Assembly: GCA_028822745.1 (NCBI GenBank)
Contig: JAPKCZ010000001.1
Coordinates: forward strand, 1-26,889
Length of the DNA stretch: 26,889 nt
Origin: Kiritimatiellia bacterium
GTDB lineage: Bacteria; Verrucomicrobiota; Kiritimatiellia; UBA8416; JAIOPI01
Direction: 5' to 3'
The position numbers were made by a program, and so were the translations under genes. The notes under the pieces were generated by a model. The model had not been told where the DNA came from. It saw nothing but the letters and a program-made list of their open reading frames with translations, and did not search any database. Every line of letters starts with the position of its first letter. The first letter of the stretch is position 1. Shown one piece after another: positions 1-6,961 of the stretch.

Positions 1-1422
1 GGGACCGAAGGTCGCCTGGGTCAGAAACCGGGCGATATCGCGGTCGAGCTCGTCATCGGTGAGTGCCTCAATGGCGGGAGGATTGGGAGGAATGACCAGT
101 TCGGTGGAGCCGGTGGATAAAAGGTAGTCACCTCGGATTTCCCCAGCGGGGTTGGCGGAGGAGTGAACGTTGACGTAAAGAGTTCCGGCCGCGAGCGCGT
201 CTAACACGGCCTGATCGGTAACTAGAAACTGAGCGGCGACGATGCCCCACGGGTGTTCGGTGACTTGCCCCATCGGAAGACTCTCGACGTGTGGACCGGT
301 GATCGGGTTTTTAATGTGGATATGCACCGCAGACTGCGGAGTGGTCAGACCATAGAAGGTCAGATTAACGCTGCCGATCTCGTTGTCACCCTGCACGAGC
401 ACCGTGGAAAGGCCGGAGGCGGAGGTGATGACACCGGACTCAGGAGATAGCTGGGCAACAAACAGACGGGTATTCTCAAGGGTATTGGTGGCATCGCATA
501 CGCGGACCGAGGCGTTGTTAGAAGTGCCTCCGATGGTGCAGGTCAGGGTCTCGGGCACTTCGATCAGAGTATCTGTAAGGGGATGGCAGAAAATTTGTGC
601 ACTGGAGGCTCCTGCCGGGATCGTGATACTGCTAGTCAGAGGTGCGTTGGCGGCATCCTTCAGTGCGTAGTCGGCGGGGGAGGCCGATCCCTTGGTGGGA
701 TTAGTATGGCCGGAGAGCGCGAGGAAGAGGGTGAACGGGTAGGTCGTGTCACCGCTGCGGCTGATCGTAAGATTGGCAGGCGTGTCTTCTTTTTCAAAGG
801 CCTCGGGTGTCGTGGTTGCGATGGTGACCTCTCCGGCGTTGAGCGCATTGATCAGGGATTGTAGCGCGGTGATGTCGTTGTTAGTCGTGCCGGAAGTAAA
901 GGAATCATCGTTGTTAGGATCGAACCCCTCCATCTGCTCCTCGGCCCAGTCCGAAATGCCGTCGCCGTCGGAGTCGATGTCGTTGACGATCACATGGTAG
1001 AATTTTTTATCACCACTCTGGCCGGGAATGACGATGGTCATCGAGGCGCCGGTGGCGAGCACAGGCAATCCGTGATCAACCCAGATTCCCGACTGGAGTT
1101 CGCTGGAGATACTCGCCTGGTAAGTTTTTCCTTTTTCAGTGGGCCACTCGATCGTGACATCTGTTCCGTCGAGGGTGTTGCTTCTGATCCGATGGACGGA
1201 GTTCGAATCACGGGGGTCAGTGCCCGCAATGGACTCATCGAAATTACTCCGGCTGTCGCCGTCCTCGTCCGCCGCCTTGGATGCCGTGTTGGTTACGAGA
1301 GAGGTCGCATTGTATTTTTGCTCCCAGATGTCGCAGACGCCATTGCTGTTTAGATCGACTGCTCCGTGAACTCGGATGACGATCAAGAAAATCAAACTTA
1401 GAGATGTGTAAGACAAGCGCAT
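1..1422 (-). CDS. Secreted DUF1800-family protein, N-terminal part (signal peptide, DxDxDG Ca-binding-like repeats, Calx-beta-like domain, CHRD domain, start of DUF1800); truncated by window edge
   Basis: Translated by hand (no stop in window, so not in ORF track): ATG at 1422, MRLSYTSLSLIFLIVIRVHGAVDLNSNGVCDIWE...DEDGDSRSNFDESIAGTDPRD...DSDGDGISDWAE...VHIHIKNP...LYVNVHSSANPAGEIRGDY (CHRD-like)...DIARFLTQATFGP (typical DUF1800 start) at the edge. Confidence 0.85.
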   Translation of the reverse strand, partial: MRLSYTSLSLIFLIVIRVHGAVDLNSNGVCDIWEQKYNATSLVTNTASKAADEDGDSRSNFDESIAGTDPRDSNSVHRIRSNTLDGTDVTIEWPTEKGKTYQASISSELQSGIWVDHGLPVLATGASMTIVIPGQSGDKKFYHVIVNDIDSDGDGISDWAEEQMEGFDPNNDDSFTSGTTNNDITALQSLINALNAGEVTIATTTPEAFEKEDTPANLTISRSGDTTYPFTLFLALSGHTNPTKGSASPADYALKDAANAPLTSSITIPAGASSAQIFCHPLTDTLIEVPETLTCTIGGTSNNASVRVCDATNTLENTRLFVAQLSPESGVITSASGLSTVLVQGDNEIGSVNLTFYGLTTPQSAVHIHIKNPITGPHVESLPMGQVTEHPWGIVAAQFLVTDQAVLDALAAGTLYVNVHSSANPAGEIRGDYLLSTGSTELVIPPNPPAIEALTDDELDRDIARFLTQATFGP

Positions 1423-1510
1423 GGCAGATGATTAAACCCTAGGTTCCGCGACAAGTTACAAGAATAGGATATTTAATGTGAAGAAACAAAAAACCGTGTC
1501 ATTAAACCTT

Positions 1511-1516
1511 ATTATA
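1511..1516 (-). promoter_or_regulatory. Candidate sigma70 -10 box for the DUF1800 gene
   Basis: Perfect TATAAT on the minus strand in an A-tract-rich segment ~90 nt upstream of the ATG at 1422; no convincing -35. Confidence 0.35.
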
Positions 1517-1897
1517 AAATGGATCGCCAAAAAATACACTAAAAAACAACGGCGATGACGGATGACACACTGAGCTGCCCTTATTCGGCCGGGACGGCCG
1601 ACGCTGCCGAAGAGCGTTTTGGTACTACCGAACGACCACGAACCTTATAAAGGCCGAAACCATGCTGGGACCGCTTAAAGTAGTGCCATTCTGGCCTGTC
1701 CCTTGGTCATGCTGCGGGTCGAACGAAAGTAAACCCCGATGGTCTGTCCCGTTAAACACCTTTTAAACGATTTGCATCGTTTGGCGAAACAGAGAAAGAC
1801 AAGTTCATTGAGAGCGCGGCAGATTTGCTCTAGGCTTCGCGACTGTTATGAGCAAGAAAGGCGCGGGTCAGGCCGCGTCCCCGCAGGAGACCACACC

Positions 1898-2713
1898 ATG
1901 AAAACAAGTGCTAAACCTTTGGCCCCTCAGCGCTATCGCTTGAATCTGGAGTATGCCGGTACCGGCTTTAGCGGATGGCAGAAGCAGAATAATGCCCGCA
2001 CCATTCAGGGAACCTTGTTGGACGTGGCCGTCGAAATCTTCAACGATCCCGAACTGAATATTCAGGGCAATGGCCGCACCGATGCCGGCGTTCATGCACT
2101 TGATTATACCGCTCATCTGCAAACCTCTGCAGGGGGCATGGAACCGGAAAAGATATGCGACAGGTTTAACAACCTGCTTCCCTCTTCGATCGTAATGCAC
2201 TCGGTTGCCCCCTGCGGAGCCCGTTTTCACGCCCGTCACAACTGCGTTGGTCGCAGCTACCTCTATCAGATTTCCACTCGCAAAAACGTGTTCCAAAAGA
2301 ATTATGCCTGGTGGCCAAAGGAGCAGCTAAATACAGCGGCCATGATTAAGGCGGCCGAGCAATTTGTCGGAATGCACGACTTTGCATCCTTTGCCGAGAA
2401 ACCGGAGTTGAAGAAATCTACAAAAGTTTTGCTGAACGGGGTCTATCTCTTCGAGGAGGAGGATATGCTGCGTCTGCGAATTGTTGGCTCACACTTCCTC
2501 TGGAAGATGGTTCGCCGTATGGCCGGTCTCCTGGTTGAGGTCGGTCGGGGCAAGCTCTCCGCCGCTAAGGTCGCAGACTATCTTGAAGGGACGGCCGGGA
2601 ACACCGCGGAATTTACAGCCCCTGCATTCGGTCTCTTCTTTGAGAAGGCCTTCTACAACAAAGATGAGCTTAATAAGTTCCTTATTCTCAGTGGAGAAGA
2701 AGGGCCGTCATGA
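1898..2713 (+). CDS. truA: tRNA pseudouridine(38-40) synthase TruA
   Basis: YAGTGFSGWQKQ, GRTDAGVHA (catalytic Asp), RSYLYQI, GMHDFASF, GSHFLWKMVRRMAG, APAFGL. Start placed at ATG 1898 behind AGGAGA (1885-1890), not at ORF-track 1739. Confidence 0.95.
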   Translation: MKTSAKPLAPQRYRLNLEYAGTGFSGWQKQNNARTIQGTLLDVAVEIFNDPELNIQGNGRTDAGVHALDYTAHLQTSAGGMEPEKICDRFNNLLPSSIVMHSVAPCGARFHARHNCVGRSYLYQISTRKNVFQKNYAWWPKEQLNTAAMIKAAEQFVGMHDFASFAEKPELKKSTKVLLNGVYLFEEEDMLRLRIVGSHFLWKMVRRMAGLLVEVGRGKLSAAKVADYLEGTAGNTAEFTAPAFGLFFEKAFYNKDELNKFLILSGEEGPS

Positions 2714-4239
2714 GTACTAAATTGAATTTACAGGATTGGACACCGGACGCGCTGGCGTATCAGATCAATTTACGGTCGCTGGCGTGCCGTGAGCCGCGGA
2801 ATGCGTTTGAGGCCATCGGCGAAACGGCGTCACCGGTTTCTCCACTCGCGTATGTGACCGAGAATCTTGGCGCCTTGAAAGCGCTGGGGGCCAACTTACT
2901 TTACCTCATGCCACCCTACCCCATGGGGCTGACCGACCGAAAAGGGATCGGGTCGCCCTACTCCGCACGCGACTTCCGCGATGTGGATCCGGAATATGGC
3001 ACGCTGGACGAACTGGCGACTTTTGTGCGTACGGCACACGATCTGGGTTTCAAAGTCATTTTCGACATCACGCCCAACCACACCAGCCGCGACAACGTCT
3101 GGGCCACCTCGCATCCAGAGTATTACGTCAAGGCAGATGACGGCGAACTGTACTTCGACGGGGACTGGTCCGACACCGCCAAGCTCGACTACTCCCACGC
3201 TGGCCTACGCCAGGCCATGACGGACGTCTATGATCATTGGCTCAGCTTTCTGGGCGATGACCGCGGGGATGGCGTGGATGGCTTTCGCTTCGACATGGCC
3301 CACTTCATCAACGATCTGAGCTTCTGGGATGAGGCGCTTCCCGCGCTGCGCGCGCAACACGCCGGCCGCGAATTGCTCTTTCTGGCCGAATGCTACGGCA
3401 CAGCCAATAACATGGCCCTCTTCGAACGCGGCATGGGGGCGGCCTACGACGATGATTTCTATAAAATTTGCCAATATGGCTATGCGCGCGGCGCCGACGG
3501 TGAATCGTGCATCGCCCTGGCCGACGACGCCTACCACAACGATGATTTTGCCGATACGCTGAACGCCTTCGAATCCGGCGGCATCGCTGGCGCCGTCGAA
3601 TGCGCCCTACTGAATTATACCAACGCCGAAATTAGCGGCCCGAACGCACCGCCGCGCCGCCCGCTGCTGCTACGCTACACGGATAACCACGACGAAGGGC
3701 GCGGCGTCTATCGCTTTGGCCTGGACGCGGTGCGGGCCATGAATCAGCTCATTTTTATGGCCCCCGAGACCATCCCCATGCTGCTCACTGGGCAGGAATT
3801 CGGCGCCGAAAACCGCCCACCCATCCACGAGCGTATCGGGCTCTGTGACAAAGGGTATCGCCACATTCAGAACAACCGCACCGACTGGCGTGATGGCATC
3901 GAGTTTGAAGGGAACTGCTTCGCACGTGGCGTCGACGCACGCCAAGCCTGGTATGCGTTTTACAAGGAGCTCTTCGCGCTTCGCACACAACACGAGGCCT
4001 TGCGGCGCGGCAGCTTCGCTCTGCTAGATGCCGCGGAAGCCTGCGCCTCACCCGACCGATGCGTCGTCGCCTTCGCGCGCCAACACGACGGCACGACGTT
4101 GCATTGCGCTGTGAATCTGGGCCCGGATGCACGCACACTCGGCAATGCCGAGCTGTCTCAGGGCGAGGTACTCTACGGCGGACTCAAAGACCATTCCTTG
4201 CCAGCCTTCGCAGCGATCGTCACCCGCATGTGCATGTAA
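2710..4239 (+). CDS. GH13 alpha-amylase family glycoside hydrolase
   Basis: DITPNHTS (region I), DGFRFDMAH (nucleophile), LAECY (acid/base), YTDNHDE (region IV). ATGA overlap with the truA stop. Confidence 0.92.
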   Translation: MSTKLNLQDWTPDALAYQINLRSLACREPRNAFEAIGETASPVSPLAYVTENLGALKALGANLLYLMPPYPMGLTDRKGIGSPYSARDFRDVDPEYGTLDELATFVRTAHDLGFKVIFDITPNHTSRDNVWATSHPEYYVKADDGELYFDGDWSDTAKLDYSHAGLRQAMTDVYDHWLSFLGDDRGDGVDGFRFDMAHFINDLSFWDEALPALRAQHAGRELLFLAECYGTANNMALFERGMGAAYDDDFYKICQYGYARGADGESCIALADDAYHNDDFADTLNAFESGGIAGAVECALLNYTNAEISGPNAPPRRPLLLRYTDNHDEGRGVYRFGLDAVRAMNQLIFMAPETIPMLLTGQEFGAENRPPIHERIGLCDKGYRHIQNNRTDWRDGIEFEGNCFARGVDARQAWYAFYKELFALRTQHEALRRGSFALLDAAEACASPDRCVVAFARQHDGTTLHCAVNLGPDARTLGNAELSQGEVLYGGLKDHSLPAFAAIVTRMCM

Positions 4240-4240
4240 C

Positions 4241-4269
4241 GCAACGACGCGCCGATGGCGCGTCGTTGC
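4241..4269. terminator. Perfect 13-bp hairpin between convergent genes, likely intrinsic terminator
   Basis: GCAACGACGCGCC-gat-GGCGCGTCGTTGC directly after the GH13 stop codon. Confidence 0.7.
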
Positions 4270-4313
4270 TTCAAGTAAATCGCATCAGGACTATGACCCG
4301 AATGACGGCCACC

Positions 4314-4349
4314 AATACCAATACGGGAAAGCCCGTGGTATTTCCTTTT
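4314..4349 (+). terminator. Second hairpin with downstream T-tract
   Basis: AATACC[aat]ACGGG-aaag-CCCGT GGTATT followed by TCCTTTT. Confidence 0.45.
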
Positions 4350-4385
4350 ACGTTATGAAGTGTATTTGCTCAGCAGAAGCCGAAC

Positions 4386-4709
4386 CTACTTCTGCAAATT
4401 AGCGCCTGTCTTTTCCACGGCGGCCCCTGCTTTTTCCACGACTTTGCCCGCAACGTCTTCTGTCGTCGCCGCAGCCTCTTTTGCAACATCGACGGTCTTC
4501 TCCGCGACCTTGTTTTCCGTTTCAGCAGTATTCTCTGCAGCCGTATCCGGTGCGGCTTCGGTTTTTTCCGCGACTCCCTCCGTCGTGGATGCCTCCTGCT
4601 TTGCGGTGTCCTGACTACAACCGGCCACAGCCACAATCCCAACAATCGCCACAACTCCAAAAACCCTCATCATATTTGCCTGCATTACTAGCATCCTTTC
4701 TTTTGTCAT
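4386..4709 (-). CDS. Small Ala/Glu/Lys/Thr-rich lipoprotein
   Basis: Hydrophobic stretch ending in lipobox VAG-C; GGAGAAGG RBS before ATG 4709 (alternative ATG at 4685 behind AAGGA); low-complexity helical body. Confidence 0.8.
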   Translation of the reverse strand: MTKERMLVMQANMMRVFGVVAIVGIVAVAGCSQDTAKQEASTTEGVAEKTEAAPDTAAENTAETENKVAEKTVDVAKEAAATTEDVAGKVVEKAGAAVEKTGANLQK

Positions 4710-4982
4710 ATTACCTTCTCCAAATGTGCGCATATTGCGCGACGGGATGTTTCCCTGCCATTACGATATATCCACCAGAAACGGAGGCCTTGGGAATCAA
4801 CCGATAGGAAGCATACAAGGCAAGCGCTCTCACGAGCAACAGATAAATCCACCCAAACGACATGTTTGCTATCCTTCCCTCTTCCAGCAAAGCGGATAGA
4901 AGCAGCTCATAGAGTTCAAATGAAGACTAAGGAACACCTTCTGGCTCCCTCGTCTTTACCTTAATCTTTACCTTCGTCTCTC

Positions 4983-5320
4983 TCATGGCGTGGATTGCGG
5001 AAGCACGTCGCCTGCGAGTTGCTCGATGGTGAACTGATCGAACGGCATATTGGCATTTAGCACCTTGATGACCCAGTCCCGGTAAGCCCAAGAAGGACGG
5101 CAACGGATCGGCCTGATAGCCGTTGGAGCCGCATAGCGCGCGAGATCCAGCCAGGGGCGCGCCCAGCGTTCGCCGAAGTGTTTGCTTGCTAGGAGACGAT
5201 TTACGGCCTGCGCATAGGCTAGAGCCATCGGCGACGGGTCTTCGACGTACGCCTGCACATAGGCGGGTGACGGCGGTAACCCGATCAAGTCCAGAGAAAC
5301 GCGACGCCTGAATATCAAAG
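4983..5320 (-). pseudogene. Isolated DUF1549 (PSCyt2) domain fragment
   Basis: [12 protein letters not shown]...[23 protein letters not shown]...[31 protein letters not shown]; lacks the upstream cytochrome domain and downstream DUF1553; SNGYQAD motif lies in another frame. Confidence 0.85.
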
Positions 5321-5464
5321 GCGGTGCAAGCGCGACGGCGTTGAACAGCATCGGCGAACGCGACGCAAATACGGCTGGAGGATGCGCCAGAATGAGTTAG
5401 ACACGCGTTGAGCACACCATTGGGGAAAAAGGCGATTGCCGCAAGCGACACGAACGATTTGGTT

Positions 5465-6958
5465 TCATGAAAGCGGTAACCGCCCACTGATGGCTGTCAG
5501 TTCATGCAGACGAGCGGACAGCGGATCGCTAAAGTCGCCCGGCGCGCAGCGCCAGCGCCAATTCCCCTCGGTCGTGCCGGGCAGATTCATGCGTGATTCC
5601 GCGCCATGCCCGAGCAGGTCCTGCATGGGCGCAATGGCCATGTTGGCCACCGACGTCCAGGCGCAGCGAATCAATGGCCAAACGGACTCGTCCAGCCCGG
5701 ATCCTACGTAGCATTTCGCGCGTGCACGCGAGGCCTCGTCAAGCTGATCATACCAAGCGGACAGCGTGTCGTTGTCGTGCGTGCCAGTATACACTACAAA
5801 ATTGCGGTCATGATGATGCGGAAGATAACCATTGTTCCCGTCGTTCTCGAACGCGTACTGCAGCACTTTCATGCCGGGAATGTTGAACGTGTCGCGCATG
5901 TGCGTGACGGCCTCAGTGATGTCGCCCAGATCCTCGGCAATAAGCGGAAGCGTACCCAGTTCGCGCTGCAGGGCCTCAAGCAGCTCCCACCCGGGCGCGT
6001 TTACCCAGGTGCCTTTTTCAGCGGTCGCGTGTTTCGCGTCGACGGACCAGTAGGCCTCCAGTCCGCGAAAATGATCGATGCGTAACACATCATAGAGCCT
6101 CAGGTTCGCGCGCAGGCGGCGAACCCACCAAGCGAATTCGGTTTCTCGGGCGTGTGACCAATCGTACACCGGGTTTCCCCAGCGCTGACCGGTTGGGCTA
6201 AAAAAATCGGGCGGCACGCCGGCCACATGCGTGGGGCGGCGATGTTTATCGACCTGAAACACCGGCCAGTCGGACCATAAATCCGCGCTATCCTCAGCAA
6301 CGTAGAGTGGTATGTCGCCGATAATGCGTATTCCAAAGGCATTGGCGCAGCGCTTGACCATTTCCCATTGTGAAAAGAAAAGATACTGGTAAAAGGCGTG
6401 CGCTCGAATGCTGACATGATGATCACCACGCAGTTCTTCAAGGTGCGTTCGTAGGCGCGCCGAGCGACGCCACTGCCACCAGGGATGTTGGCGGTAACGT
6501 TCCTTGAGAGCGGCAAACAGCGCATAATCATGCAACCATTCGGATTCGCGCTCCATGAATGTGTCAAAAGCCGCACGCTGCTCATGGTTCGCGTCGGACT
6601 CAAACGCTTCATGTGCACGCGCCAGTCGCCGGCGTTTCTCGCCAATCAAGGTCCCGTAATCGACCCCGTTGGCATGCTTTCCTGAGCGTACGTCACGATC
6701 CGTAAGCAGACCGTCTTCAACCAAGCGCTCCAAACTGATGATCAACGGATTGCCCGCAAAGGCCGAAAAGCACTGGTATGGCGAATCCGCGAAGCCGGTT
6801 GGACCAAGGGGCAAGGTTTGCCAAAGCCCCTGCCCGGATGCATGCAGAAATTCGACAAACTCAAGCGCCTCCGGCCCAAGTGTGCCAATGCCCTCGGGCC
6901 CGGGCAAGGATGTGGGATGTAACAAGATGCCGCTGGAACGGCTATTATAGATGGCCAT
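5465..6958 (-). CDS. malQ: 4-alpha-glucanotransferase (amylomaltase, GH77, MalQ type)
   Basis: RSSGILLHPTSLPG, WQTLPLGPT, SPYQCFSAFAGNP, RIDHFRG, AEDLG, YTGTHDNDT, MNLPGTTEGNWRWR. Confidence 0.96.
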   Translation of the reverse strand: MAIYNSRSSGILLHPTSLPGPEGIGTLGPEALEFVEFLHASGQGLWQTLPLGPTGFADSPYQCFSAFAGNPLIISLERLVEDGLLTDRDVRSGKHANGVDYGTLIGEKRRRLARAHEAFESDANHEQRAAFDTFMERESEWLHDYALFAALKERYRQHPWWQWRRSARLRTHLEELRGDHHVSIRAHAFYQYLFFSQWEMVKRCANAFGIRIIGDIPLYVAEDSADLWSDWPVFQVDKHRRPTHVAGVPPDFFSPTGQRWGNPVYDWSHARETEFAWWVRRLRANLRLYDVLRIDHFRGLEAYWSVDAKHATAEKGTWVNAPGWELLEALQRELGTLPLIAEDLGDITEAVTHMRDTFNIPGMKVLQYAFENDGNNGYLPHHHDRNFVVYTGTHDNDTLSAWYDQLDEASRARAKCYVGSGLDESVWPLIRCAWTSVANMAIAPMQDLLGHGAESRMNLPGTTEGNWRWRCAPGDFSDPLSARLHELTAISGRLPLS

Positions 6959-6961
6959 GCG

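Noticed and set aside
253-1369. Several short ORFs listed in the track at the left end
   Set aside because: All overlap the continuous minus-strand DUF1800 gene; shadow frames.
1739-1897. N-terminal extension of truA in the ORF track
   Set aside because: No TruA similarity; a good RBS precedes ATG 1898.
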